DNA of 64,000 nucleotides from contig NC_082719.1 of assembly GCF_030144855.1 (NCBI RefSeq), positions 81,716,001-81,780,000 of the forward strand, in the 5' to 3' direction. Source of the stretch: Hypanus sabinus. Taxonomy: Eukaryota. The notes under the pieces were generated by a model. The model had not been told where the DNA came from. It saw nothing but the letters and a program-made list of their open reading frames with translations, and did no database searches. Shown here one piece after another: positions 13,591-27,296 of the stretch; the first letter of the stretch is position 1, and each line of letters begins with the position of its first letter. A program made the position numbers and the translations under genes.

Positions 13591-15044
13591 TAAGAAAAAC
13601 TAAGAAATGAGGTGGAATCATTCAATAAATTGAAGGCAATGATTGAGAGTCATTTAACTATGGGACAATTGAAGGAAATAAAGAGAGAGAACAGAGTCAT
13701 CTTTAAACTGAGGTTGTAATGATTGATTAGTGGGGCAGACTTGAGGGGCCACATGGACTACTCCTGTTCCTGAAGATCATTACACATCCTCCTCCACCTG
13801 AGGTCCTTATCCCTTGATTCCATTTGAGCCCTGTTGTCCTTAAAAATAGAATAAAAACGTAAATGGGAGAGATTCTGCAGATGCTGGAAAGCTTGAGTAA
13901 CACACACAAAATGCTGCAGGAACTCTGATTATTTTCTGTGGAGAGAAGACCTGATAGAAGTGTATAAAATTATGAGATACATCAATAGGGTAGAGTTTTA
14001 TTTCACCCAGCATCGAAATGTCTGGTAGATTTAAGCTTAATGGAGGAAATTTTAGAAGAGATGTGTGAGGCAAGTTTTTTTTTACACAGAACAGAAGATG
14101 CTTGGAACACTTTTCTGAAGGTGAGGAGAAGAGTGATATTGGAAGCCAATATGATAGTGACATCTAATTGCCATTTAGACAGAATGGAGGGACATGGATC
14201 CTATGTAGGTGGATGGAATTAGTTTAATCATGGTCAGCATAGACATAATGGGCTGAAGGGTCCTGAGCTGTTTTATATTCTGTGTCCCATTTACTTCACA
14301 AGCTATGAACCCACCAAACCTTTCAGGCACCTCCTGCTCCACCTGAGCAAGAATCTGTGGTTGCTATGATGATCTCATCAGCCACTTCAGAACTCACAAA
14401 ACTGGAGCAGAAGCAAGTCCAAGAAACAAGCACAGAATAAGGAAACCTATCTCCATTTGTATCTGTATGTACATCAGCGGCTAATAAGTCCGCTTAGAGC
14501 AAACAACTAACAGATAATGTAACGTATAATTTGTCATCACAATCTCCTGTTGTAAATCATTTGAAGGTGTTTTGGCTGTGTTCAAGTTGTACCAATGGAG
14601 AAGAGTTAATGTACTATTTACAAAGCACATTGTTTTAAATGCTGTTACTGAATAATGACCCTAAATGTGGATTTATTTCAGGCCAGTCATCCAAAACTCT
14701 AAAACAGCTTGCATATCTGACCAACCCCCTCTCTCTAAATAACATGTTGCATAACAACTCAGTAAGTTTATCCTGCCGATGCCTTATTTCTGCAAACTAG
14801 TAAAGTCCTTGTCACTCCCAATGAAGGGTTTTGGCCCGAAACATCGTCACCACCTCCTCCCATAGATGCTGTCTGGCCTGCTGAGTTCTGCCAGCATTTT
14901 GTGTTTTTATTTAGTCCCTGTCACTGTTAGTTAACTTCAACCAGAGTGGTAAGTTATTTCACAGACTGAATCCAGTTTGCCAGGATGTATCAATGCTACA
15001 GTAAGTTTAAAGGGAAATTCTCATCCCTTATCAATCATTGTTGA

Positions 15045-15632
15045 TTATAAAGGACTTCCCAAACACTGACGCACAATATGTGAAATGAATGAGCACTTGG
15101 CTCCATCCACCAAAAGCGGACCTTCCCGGTGGCCAAACATTTTAATTCCCATACCGACATGTTGGTTCCTGGCCTCCTCTTGTGCCACAAAGAAGGCCCC
15201 TTCAGGGTGGAGGAGCAACTCCTTATATTCTATCTGGGTAGCCTCCAATCCAAAAACATAAATATCGATTTCTTCTTCTGGTGAAAATTTCCCTCCCGCT
15301 CCCCTCTTCTTCTATTGCCCACTCTAGCTTCTTATTTCTTCTCACCTGCCTGTTTAACCTCCCAATTGGTCTCCTCCTCCTTCCCTTTCTCCTATGGTCC
15401 ACTCTCCTCTCCTATCAGATACCTTCCTCTCCAGCCCTTTACCTTTCCCACCGCACCTGGCTTCACCCATCACCTTCTAGCTATCCCCTTTCTCCTCCCC
15501 CCACCTTTTTATTCTGCCATCTTCCCCCTTCCTTTTGAGTCCTGAAGAATGGTCTCAGAATGAATGTTGACTGTTCATTTCCATGAATGCTGCCTGACCT
15601 GCTGAGTTCCTCCAGCATTTTGTGTGTGTTAC
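15045..15632 (+). mobile_element. Penelope-like element 3' fragment
   Basis: EHL...PVAKHFNS, RVEEQLLIFYLGSLQ GIY-YIG C-terminus; CT tract; ctgaaga motif at 15542; conserved tail. Confidence 0.8.
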
Positions 15633-16582
15633 TCACATGTCGCCCTGCCCACATAATAATTATCTTTTCATCATTTGAGAGGCACCATAAAAAACATCTG
15701 CTTGTCTTGTAATGAAAGGATCTGTAATCTATTGCCCTTCATCACTGCTGTACTGAATTGAATCACCTGGAAATCAAGGAGGATTGGGTGGGAAATTAAC
15801 TTGGTTTTCTTATGGAGAGTATAAGCCCTAATAATGAACAGAATGAGGAAAATGTTGCTTTCTCTAGTCATTAACAACAAAAATGTTAAAATGAATCATT
15901 TTAAAAGAGAAAGATAAATAATTTACAGATGCTCAGCATTGAATTTGCCTGCAATGTCCGAAGATTGGAAGGAAAAATAATGACCAGCTATCCCAAGCAA
16001 GTGCATCTAAGCAATCACTGGGTGAGGACTAGAACAAGTGTGAAATACAAGGTCACTCATAGTAAAAAGCCCTCCGAAACTTAGCGTCTGGTCCAAATGG
16101 TGATTTCAGGTTACCCACTCCCCTTACCTTCTTCCACCAGCCCGCCCAGAGTCTCCCTCAATTCGTTCACCTTTTCCATCTGAATCCTTCATTTCCTAGG
16201 CACATTATCCTCCCACCCATCACCCACATACCTACATTACCTTGCTTTCTTCTATCTTGGCTCACCTTTCCCAATTGGTTCCATCCTTCCATAATCCCTG
16301 TCTTTCCTGGTTCCACTTGCTACCTACCAACCACTGTCTTTACCCTTCCCCCCTTCCCCTTCCCTACCTCCTACCTGCCCAGCTCTGTCTGCCTAAAAAA
16401 AACTTCTTTTCTTCCCCTACTCATGTTTCCACCGTACAGCCTCTATCTCAGTACTCCCCCTCCACCCCTCCCTCACCTGGCTCTATCTTCCCTTCATTTG
16501 GTTCAACTCATCTCCAACCAGCTTCCTTCTCACTGCTTTTTTTCACTTCTGTACATTGGCTCTCTTCCCTTTACACTCTCAA

Positions 16583-17047
16583 TGTCACAACCATGGATGC
16601 TGCTGTAGGGTCTATGTGCCCACTGAGGGGGGCTGCACAACAGGTTCGATAATCACATTCATGGGAATGAATGTTCCAGCTAATTAGTGTTCCATTAAGG
16701 TAGTATTTAACTCTCTTCTTTTCATTCTCGCCTTGTCGAGACTTGACCAAAAGCACAGCAACATTCACGTTCCCTGTTACCCTCATCCTTGTCCAGGAAA
16801 GAAGACTACCATTTCAATTGATGCTGTCAAGGAGGGATATTCATTTTATTATTACTTATTGGTTCCAGCCACAGTATTGGCTTTTAACTTTCAGTTTGAG
16901 AGTTTTAGTTAACAGCCCCGTTGGCTAGCATTTATTGTTTTTCTTTTCCTTTAAATCCTGCACAGTTCTCATTAAAGTCGGTGAACAGTTAACCTGCTTC
17001 AGTGTCTGTCTCTCTCCACACTTAGGCAATATCCAAACGTTTTGACC
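16583..17047 (+). mobile_element. Solo LTR inserted into a Penelope-derived repeat
   Basis: TGTCA...TGACC termini, 5-bp TSD ctcaa/ctcag, internal tatttaa and attaaa. Confidence 0.65.
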
Positions 17048-18436
17048 CTCAGTCCTGACGTAGGCTCTCGACCTGAACTGTTAACCATCCATTTGCCTCC
17101 ACAGCTGCTCCCTGATCTGCTAAATTCTTCCAGCAGTTTATATTTTTCTCCATAATTCAGCATCTATAGAATCTCCTGTCTCTAGTGTAATGACGTTCAC
17201 TTATGATTCCTCATAAATTTTCTATACTTAATCAGGTTGCAGTTAGGAAAGAATCTGCTTGTGATGCAAGTTTACTGTGAATAACTCACTTTTTTAATAC
17301 AGAAACATGGAATGATATTACTCCAAAAAATTATTGAGAAAATAATTTCTCTGCTAGGTAGCTCCCTGTTTACAATTAGGTTCTTTATTTTCCTTTCTAC
17401 CCAATATCATTTTAATTTTGCTTCCAGATTAAAGCCCACCAGTGTTCAAACTCCAGCCTAGTTCATCTTTTATGTTATTCTTTCAGATTTCCTTTTCTTT
17501 GATGCATTCAGAAGTGTAGCAATTGCAGGTAAGATCAGCAATTATTGTCTTTATCTCCCCTCATTTGAACTGCTGTTAACAGGCAACCACACTACAGCGG
17601 AGATGAAGGTGATCTCTGCAGATCTCATTAAGTGTGGCAAATTTCATTTCCCAAAGAACATTAATGGCTTTTCTGAGCAAGTTAATTTCAAGATCATGAT
17701 TATTCCTCATACTTAGATTATATTTAATCAGTTAATTTAAAAAAAAACATTTGTCAAGGTGAAATTTGTCTCCCAATCATCATCCAGGTCTCTAGATTAT
17801 AGTACAGCAATTTAATTCTTACCAAAAAGGTTTCCCTCCCCTCTTTGAAGATATTATTGCATCTACTTCAAACTGGTTTTCAGGTTGCACATCATTTCAA
17901 GTTATAAAACTCTTATGTTGCCTTCAGTTCTTTAGCAAACAGTTTAAAAACTTTTGTGCTCTGGTTAATATCTATCTGGTTTACACATAGAAAGAAGCAG
18001 TTTGGCCCATCAAGTCTATGCTGACATTCAGAGCAATCCCATTCTGCCACTAATTGTCCCTGCAATCTATTCTCCTTATATTTCCCTTCCCCTCCAGCTT
18101 CCACTAATCACATGCACACAGGAGAAACATACTGAGACTATCCTAACAGCCCACAAACCTTTGGGTCACTGAAGGAAACTGGTGGGGTGGGATGGGATAA
18201 GGTGCGGAAGATGATGAACCCACTCAGTCACAAGGAGAACGTGCAAATTCCACACTAATGGTATCAGAGATCAGGATTGAATGCAATCCTGTTGTGAGAC
18301 AGCAGTTCTACTACATCGTGCTGCTCTCCTTACAAAAGAAATCCTTTCTGATTTATTCCCTCAAAATTATGATTTTGAGAAAGCCTTTAAAATCTAAGGA
18401 ATAAAACAACAACCTTTCCATATCACTGAACTTTTG

Positions 18437-18635
18437 TACTTTCTCCCTGTGAACATGTGGGTTTCCTCCAGGTGCTCCGGTTTCCTCCCACAGTCCAAAG
18501 ACATATTGATTGGTAGGTCAATTGGTCATTGTAAATTGTCCTGTGTTTAGGCTAGGATTAAATTGGGGGATTGATGGACAGCATGGCTCGAAGGGCTGGA
18601 AGGGGCTGTTCTATACTGTATCTGAATAAAAAAAT
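18437..18635 (+). mobile_element. V-SINE (HE1-like) fragment
   Basis: V-domain gtgggtttcctccaggtgctccggtttcctcccacagtccaaagac plus CR1-like tail. Confidence 0.8.
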
Positions 18636-21074
18636 AAAATCCACTACTACTTTCACTGAAGCATTCTATCTGACTCTTCCTGTGCTTACCAAAATGCCTC
18701 TACTTTCTTCTTACTGTGATGTGTTGAAATAAACAAAGTAATCCACTAAGTCCTAAACAGTATTTTGGATAAAGACTTAACATAACTTCTTTGCTTGGCT
18801 GAAAGTTCTCAACATGTATTTCTTCAGATGTCGAATGTACCTGCGGTTTCTAAATAACAAAGGGAATAATTTGCATGGTCATTCATTTTAAATCAACACT
18901 TGTCCATAGCCATCTGGTTTGAATCATGAAATTCAGAATATTAACCTAGCCATGCTTCTAATGCATTTGGCCTTTCAAATCTCCAGCAATCATCTATAAT
19001 GTTTCAAGGAAGCCCTTAAGAGTGCTTTTCATTTAGACTCAACATACTCACAATGAGGTTCGGGATGTGGTCAACTCTTCCAAACAGCTTGGATCTCCAG
19101 ACACAATGCACTCACTGTGTTCTGATGGGTTCAATGTGTAACTGGTCCAATTTGAACGACCTACATTATCTGTGTGTCTCACAGACTCAATCACAGCTTC
19201 TATCTCACAGTTGTCAGACTCTTGAATGATCCTCCCATGTGCTACATAAGAACATAAGAAATAAGAGTAGGAGTAGGCCATCTAGCCTATCGAGCCTGCT
19301 CCGCCATTCAATAAGATCATGAATAAGATTGAAAAACCATTGGATATGATTCAATAAGAACACAAACTCTTTAACGCCTGATCTTCCAATCAATGTCACC
19401 TTTGCACTTTATTTATCTACTGTATTTGCACTGCTCTTTATTTATAATTGCACCACTATATCCTGCATTATCTTCTTACTAGCTGATGTAATTCATCATG
19501 GCATGATCCCTTTGTAAGTCACTTGAATCATAGCTTTTCACTGTACATACGATAATAATAAACCAATGGTTCATTTTTATAAAGGTGATGTTACATCATG
19601 AGACATAGAACTAATTATTTACAACAGTTTTCCATGACAATGGTCATCAGCAAAGAAAATGGGATGTTTCTCACAAAATAGGTTTATTACAATATTGAAT
19701 GATAAATGTGGTTTGACAACACAGAGGAGTGAGGTTTCACTGCTGCAGGATTGAGAAGATTGGCGCTCCCTTCCATCTTTTCATTCTGTGTGAGATGGGT
19801 AAGCAAATGAGGAGAAAGTCCAGGATGAAATATGGGTTGATGGATTTCACTTATGAGCTTTTCAAGGATAACAAAGGGAATTCTACATCACTGTTTAGTG
19901 ACATATTGGAGAATCTTCAGTCCCCTCAGTCCATGCGACTTCCAGTACTGAAGGAGGGTCCTGGCCCAAAACATTGACTGTATTATTCATTTCCATAGAT
20001 GTTGCCTCACCTACTGAGTTCCTCCAGCATTTTGTGTGTGTAACCTTTAGAGTATTTCAGTTGGTCACATTACCCACCTTATTTTTCCCTTCAACTGGTA
20101 ATCTTTCAAATCCCCATCAACCTTCCCTCAATTCGCATGCCAGTCACCCATACTTGGGTCATTTTCAGAAGCCAATTAATCTAACAACCCAATAAATGAA
20201 AATCTGTAGTTGCTGGAAATCAAGAATAAAATTCAAAAATTGTAGAAACCTTCTTTTCCCCCTTTTTGCAGGATGAAGAGAGGCTTGGACCTGAAACAGT
20301 AATTATTTTACTTTACTCACAGCCAAGTGTTTCCAGTGTTTTCTGTTTTTAACCCTAATAATCAGCACATACTGTGGATGTAATGAGACAAAACTAGAAA
20401 TCTTGGGAGTAAACCAAAGCTGTCACAGAGACAACATCACCTCCATACACATAGAACTGGAGGGCAGGATTTAGTGGGATTTAAAATTAATGTAAAGATT
20501 AATTTTACATTAATGTTTAACTCTAGGTTAAAAACAAACAATGATGAATTTCCAAGAGACATAATTGATTCATGGAACTTGAGGGTACTTAGAACTGCCA
20601 AAGTCAGCTGAAAAAAAAACTATATCAGCAAGGAAATATTTTAAATTAAATTGCTCAATTTTAAATTTAACCCACAAAATTCAACACTTCGTACTCTCTG
20701 CACATGGTTACTGCAAAACACAAAAGTTTCCATCATTTATGTGAACGACAAGATATCTGATTCTGATTCACTTGAAACACTTATTATTTAACCATCTTAA
20801 TTCATATTTTTATTTTGAACATCCAACGTTAGGAGGGGTCACTGACTCAGAACATTGGCTCTGTTTCTTTCTCCACAGATGCTGTTTTATAAGCTGCGCA
20901 CTTCCAGCATTTCCAGGTTTTGTTTCAGATATCCAAAACCTGCAGAATTCTACTTTGCCATACCTGTCTCACTCTGATGCGAGGCTATCCACATTAACTG
21001 CGCTTTTATTTCTCTCCACATGTGCTGTCTGATATGTTGGACTTCTTGTTTTATATTTCCAGTAGCCACTAAGT

Positions 21075-22350
21075 TCTTTTTGTTCAAACCCATCTTGTGG
21101 AATGACTGAATCAGCTGATACAGTGTCCAACTCCATTTTAATTAATTTGCCATTCACTTCTGTGGTATGTCTTATTGCTTGCCTATTGTTAGTGTTCACT
21201 TGTAAATCTCAAGACCATCCAGTCCTGTGTCACACTCATCAGATTTTTCATCAACAGTATGCAGATTAGTGCTCTTTTCAAAACTGTAACTCAATTTGTT
21301 GTTTTTTTTTCTCTTCCAGCTGCAGTCCATTTATTTTCATCTGCCAACAAGCTCTTTGTGTCCTACTTTGTTGCATTTTCTGCAAGTTTCACTTTTAAAC
21401 CTGCATTGGTTCGGTGAATGTGAGCCCCTGCCACAACAATAACACAATATGTTTGGCAGGCTGGTTTCTATTTCAACATTTCAATTTTGTTCATGCTCAC
21501 TTTCATTCTAGACTGCAACTTTTTTTTCAACTACTCTTTTAAATGTACGTTATGCTACAGTTAGGCGCCATTTTTGAATGCTTTCCTGTAAGATTCCACA
21601 AAGTTAGTAATCTCTCAGTGCATTATTAAGTCCGTTATCAAACTAACAACGCTCAAACTTTTAAATTCAGCCATGTACACTCAAATGGACTTGCCTTCCT
21701 TTTGATTCTGCTTATAAAATCCAAAGCTGTTCTGCAACCAACAAAGGTTTCAGTTCTAGATGCTGTACTTTCACGATATCAGCAAAGCTCATTTTGGCTG
21801 GTTCAGTTGGATCAGTTAACTTCTTTTTAAGCAGCCTTTAAACCCAATGCGCTCAGCAAAACTAGCACCCATTTCTCATTGGCTATTTCATTTGCTTCTA
21901 AAAGCTATTCAATTAGCTCAGCTTACATGCCCGTTGAACAATCAAACATGTCAATTTTTCCAATGTAGCCGGACATTTCTGCTCTTTCTTTCATGATTAT
22001 TATCACCCAATACTCATGTTTATGAACCTGTGATTTCTTCTGCTTTCTGCCTTTTTTCACTTGACAGTCTCTGTTTGCTTTTGTGAACCGACACCTGCCA
22101 CGCTGCTTTTCATTACTTGACCGTTTCTCACTGAGCTTCTTTATAGCTCAAACACCTTGCTGTGCTTCAACAGGTAGTTGTCTCGGTTTCATTTTTTAAA
22201 TACCTCGTCGCCACTGTTATGTTTTGTAAATCCAAAACATAAAACTAATTTAAGGGAAAAGATGGAGAATCCAAAATGCTAGTCCAACTTAGTTTTTACT
22301 TTAAGTGAGGCGCACACATATCACGTCGTAGTGTCATGACAGCTTGGTCA
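21075..22350 (-). mobile_element. Ty3/Gypsy (Mag-like) LTR retrotransposon 5' remnant: partial LTR, PBS, gag, protease
   Basis: LTR end ...taaca at 22215 then PBS TGGCGACGAGG (22203-22213); gag start MSGYIGKIDMFD; tandem zinc knuckles CYCCGRGSHSPNQCRFKSETCRKCNKVGH; protease-like KMELDTV. Confidence 0.85.
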
Positions 22351-22359
22351 TTTTGTCCT

Positions 22360-25300
22360 AGTTTGGGTGAGCTCAGACCTTGGCCACTGCTAACTGGGAC
22401 GATAAAACCACAACATGCAATAAATTTGAGGAATTCACCACTGAGATGCGTCAGGTTTTTGACCATCCAGAAAGTGGAAGGGAGACAGCAGATTGGATAC
22501 TTCACCTACATCAAGGCTCAGGCACGATGCTGGATTACACTGTGGAATTCAGGACCCTTGCAGCTGGAACGTGGAAGCATTGCTGGCCCATTATCATCAT
22601 GGCCTCTGGGAGCACACAGGAGATGAGCTGTCTACCCACCCAGGAGATGCACATGGACCTCAAAAGCCTTATCACTCTGCTCTCTGAATTGTCAAGCGTC
22701 TTATGGAATGACCCTCCAGATCATCAGCCAGAATCTCATTTCTGTTCCCAGAACCACTTCAGACTGCAGACCCTCATCTTCAATGCCTCCAGAACCCATG
22801 CAGTTAGGGAGAGTTCCCTTAACCCCTCAAGAGTGTGAGTATTGTTGGAGAAACAACCTGTACACTTACTACTGAGCCACTAATCACCCACGCATCAAAT
22901 ACCCACTACCTCTGGGAAAACAGCACCATAAGGTAGTGACAAGGGACCCTCTATCTGCTAAGTTCCCCCAGCTGCTTATTCCAGCACCATAGCCTGATTC
23001 ACTCTCTCTGTCCTACTCTACACCCCAAAGGCTCTACGTACAAAAGAGGCTCTAGTCTAGTGGATTCCCACACTACAGGCAACTTTCTGGGTCAGACTCT
23101 GTGCGTGCAACATGGACTCCCTACCAGGCCTATCTGTCACCCCTTCTGCATCACGTCTATTGATGGGCGTCCATTTGGGTCTGGGATGGTCAGTGCAAGC
23201 ACACGGCTTGAGCACATGAGCACTGGAGAGCACCGTGAGTCCATTCAGTTCCTCGATGACACAACCAACACTCCTCTCATCTTGGGTTACCCCTGGCTCT
23301 CCACTCATGACTCTCACTTTGCCTGCTATCCGGTTCACTGCTGAATTGGAGACCCACCTGCCTGCAACCCCCGCTGACCTCGCCACGTAAATCCGTGGTA
23401 ATGGAGGACACCCTTGATCTCACAAAACTCCCAAAAGAATACCATGACCTAGCCGTCGCTTTCAGTAAAAGGGAGGCCTGCACCCTGCCGTCTCACAGGC
23501 CACATGACTGCATGACCAACTTCCTCCTGGACACCACCCCTCCTTGAGATCCTCCGTTCTCCCTCTCCCCAACCGAGACCCAAGCCATGAATGACTACGT
23601 CGCTGAAGTACAACTTCATTCAATCATCCCAGTCCCCAGCTGATGCAGGGTTTTCCTTTATTAAGAAATGTTGGAAGCCACTGTTTTTTTAATAATACTT
23701 TTTATAAGATTTGTACTTTTTAAGAAACTTGTGTATTTTTTACAGTATGTGGTGGCTCATCCCCACTCACTGGCAGAAAGTGGTATAGCAGCTAAACTAA
23801 TGGTTTGCCACCTCTCTCACTTTCATTGGCTAAGTATTAGCACATTACCCATGTGATATAATTGTTTTAATTATGTAGCCTATTAACTTGTTTATCCTAT
23901 CTAAGAAATATCTTATCTAATCTATGGAAGTGATGGATTTTTCAGAGGCACCATCTTGGCTTCTTCTTGTATCTTTCACTTTCACATTCATTCTACCACT
24001 CAGCATCATTTTTCAGCTCTCTATTTAGTTTGCTGAGTATTTGTATGTTTGTACTCTAAAATAAACTGAAATCGTGGAATTAAGACTATTTGTCATTCCT
24101 GACTAAGGATCAGAAAATAAACAGAGATCCAACAGAAGAAAGATAGTGGCATTTGTCCCTGCATTGACTACCGTGGACTCAACAAATTACCATTAATCTC
24201 TCCCCTTGATGGATAGCACATTCAAAACACTCCACAGGACCTAGGTCTTCACCAAATTTGATCTACAGAGCATGTACAACCTGATCTACATCCACCAGAG
24301 GGATGATTGGAAGATACTGTTCATAACACCCACTGGCAGCTACAAATACTTGGTAATGCCTTTCGGACTTTCCAACAGTACAGCCACCTTCCAAGCCTTC
24401 ATCAACAAGATCCTCTGACAGTTATCTTCAAAGGTATGCATTTGTCTGCCTAAACAACATCTCAAAGGACCCCCGAGGCCACATCTGTCACATCGGTCAG
24501 CCATTCAGCATCTTCTTGAACAGCAACTGCACTGCAAGTTAGAAAAATGCCAGTTCCACGTCCGGGCATTACCATAGTGGGGCTACGTCCTTTCACCCCA
24601 AAGCATAATCATGGACCCAGAGAAAGGGCGTGCCATCATTGAATGGCCCTGACTGCACTCTGTCAACCAGCCACAGTGCTTCTTATATTTCCCCAGCTTC
24701 TACTGCCAGTTCATTTAGAAACTATAGCCAAATTGCTGGTCTTCTCACATCCCTCACCACATCACCTACCTCACAAATAACCTAGTCCGCTACTGTGGAC
24801 CTTGATTTCAAGGAGCTCAAGAGACATGTCACCACCATTTCCACCATCCTAACCCTCTGGAGATTTTGTGATAGAGGTAGGCGCATCTGACATGAGCACA
24901 GGGGCCATCTTCTCCCAGCAAGGACCAGACAGGAAGACAAACCCTTGTGCTTTCTCATGCAAGTTCAACTCTACATGGTGTTGTTATGGAGTTTGAGACA
25001 GGGAGCCACTCACCATCAAGCGGACCTTGGAGGAATGGAGGCATTTTCTGATGGGAAAACACTGGATCCTTTCTGATCCAGACTGACTGCCAGAAACTCA
25101 TTTCGATTCAGCAGACCCACCAACTCAACATACATCTGGTTTGCTGGGAACTCTTCTTCAAGCAATTCAACTTCACCTTGTCCTACCCAGTTCCAATAAC
25201 ACTAAGGTGGATGCCCTGTCATGATAGTTCAACTCAGCAGAAACCAAGATCAACCATCAGCCCATCATTCCATCCTCTCAGATTCTCACCCTGATAGTTT

Positions 25301-26271
25301 GGGACTTTACAAGCTAGATCCACCGGGCTCTGCAGCATGAGCCCGCTTCAGTCAACACACTAGGCATGGCCAGCAGCATTGTGTTCGGAGACACTCCAGT
25401 GGGCCCAATCCTAACCCCTCTCTAGTTGTCCAGGCGCATGACAGACTCTGGATTTTCTGTTTGCCACCTTCAGATGGAGGCACCATGGTCATGAGAGAGG
25501 TGGACTGGTTCTCCAAAGCAGCCCACTTCATTGCTCTTCCCAAAATTCTGACAGCCACTGAGATGGTGGACCTGGTTCTCCAACAAGCAGTTTGCCTCCA
25601 CGGATTCCCCCAGGTTGCACTGGGGCCTACAATTCATCTCCCACTTCTGGCGAGTTTTCTGCTCTCTCCTCTGCACCTCAGTGAATCTGTCCTCTGGCTA
25701 TCATCCGCAGACTACAGAGAGTCAGAAAGAATCAATTAGCAAGTGGAGAATTTTGCGGGGTTTCTCCGCCCCTAACCTTTCCACATGAGGCTGGTTGTTC
25801 AGAGTGAGCAATTGTTGTGGATGAAGCTGTTTCTGTCAGTTTTATCTCGAATCCATCGCTTAACGAGGAGTTACACCAGAACCGTCCAGATCACCCTTGG
25901 CCGTCAGGTGTCAGCCATGGGATTGGGTGGAGGGGGGGTGTGGGGGGGGAGTCCTGTTAGGCCAGTTCAGTCTGGCACATCCCAGTCTCCACCCAGTTAA
26001 CAAGAATCACCTACCACTCATTTCCAACTCATCACCTGCAGCCTATTTAAACCCAACTCTCATCCACAATCCTTGTTTGCTCAACAAACCAGCCAGCTTC
26101 AACCTAGTCATTCATTACTTTGTTGCCTTAGTGTGTTTTGTATCTGATCTCTCTTGTTTTATGGCCTCTCATGACTTATTATTTTACAGTTTATTAGTAA
26201 AATTATCACTCACTGATAAATTATCTCTGCTGCTCTGCATTTGGGTCAAGCCTCCTCTACATTTCCTGACA
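22360..26271 (+). mobile_element. Degenerate Ty3/Gypsy (sushi/Tf2-like) LTR retrotransposon with 3' LTR
   Basis: gag (FEEFTTEMRQVFDHP..LHQGSG..DYTVEFRTLAA), protease (VDS..TGNF, LILGYPWL), RT (LPSHRPHDC, CIDYRGLN, FTKFDL, YLVMPFGL), RNase H, integrase (VDWFSKAAHFIAL); G-rich PPT then LTR 25955-26271 (TGTTA...TGACA). Confidence 0.92.
23669..24134 (+). mobile_element. Solo LTR nested in the Gypsy RT domain
   Basis: TGTTGGA...TCCAACA termini, 4-bp TSD gaaa/gaag, AATAAA near 24060; excision restores host codons ATT AAG AAG AAA GAT (IKKKD). Confidence 0.85.
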
Positions 26272-27296
26272 GACTTGGTGGACACGGACATTTGTAGCAA
26301 TGAGTTCCACTGAATCACTACCTTCCGGTGAAAGAAATTCCTCCTCATCTCTGTTCTAAAGGGATGTCCTTCTACTCTGAGGGTGTGCCCTCTGGTACTA
26401 GACTCTCCCACTATTACTATCAGATTTATTATCAATAACATACGACACTATATTTATTATTATGTAGTAGCATGACAGTACAAAAAGCATAAAAATACAC
26501 AAATTCAAAAATACATAAATTCTACCAAAAAAAGGACAAATAAGGTAGCGTTCACGGGTTGTTTTAAAAAAATACCCATAGAGGGATGATTTCTTTGTGT
26601 TGGTCCTACTCATTCTTGAAAAATAAAAATCCAACCTAGAACAGATCTACCTCTCTTTGGCCCAGGAGTATGTATACTTTGCTGGAAAATCGAGAGGAAT
26701 ATTGCTCTTGACTGTCGCTTCAACAGTGAGCATGGCCGTATCTTGTCCTCTGTATTACCCTCCAGCGGTGAATGTGTTTCTGGGTGCATTTGTCTCTGCA
26801 GTTATTTTGATCGACAGTGGAAGTATAGCTTAAGCTCCTTTGGCCAGATCATGAACTTTCCTGTACAGTGCTAGAATTTTTAGAACATGTGACATTAATG
26901 CAGACCTTCTGTTCCTTCATTCTGCAAAATCAACCTGCAATTTTCCTTTAAATACCTTTATTTTTATTATCCATATTGCAGTCAACAATTTGCACCAGAG
27001 TTTTCTTTAAGCCATTTCTACCAAATTGTCATAAGAACATAAACAGAAAGATTACACCTCTGGGTGCCATCCGTTTTCACCATTCCACAGGAGTTTGGCT
27101 GATCTCACCTCATACCACCTTCTCCTATCAATCCAATGCTCATAAATTTAAAAAAACACTAAATTTCATTACCATTTAGTAGCATTTCACTCAACAAATG
27201 GTTCAAACAATATGTGATTAAAACAGAAATTGAACTATTATAAGCATTAGTTTTTACAACAAGTGTTTTTCTTTCAGCATTATATAACTGCAAGTT

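Noticed and set aside
16242-16652. Pro/Ser/Leu-rich ORFs here and at 4732-5068, 6898-7411, 15281-15545
   Set aside because: Translations of the pyrimidine-rich tract of Penelope-derived repeats.
22380-22838. PEG10/RTL1-like domesticated gag
   Set aside because: Frameshifts and stops throughout; part of a decayed LTR element.
26651-26934. Possible SPAG8 exon downstream of HINT2 (expected from human synteny)
   Set aside because: Stops in all three frames and no SPAG8 motifs (NW.EER, HGH.G.LT); kept only as a possible non-coding exon.
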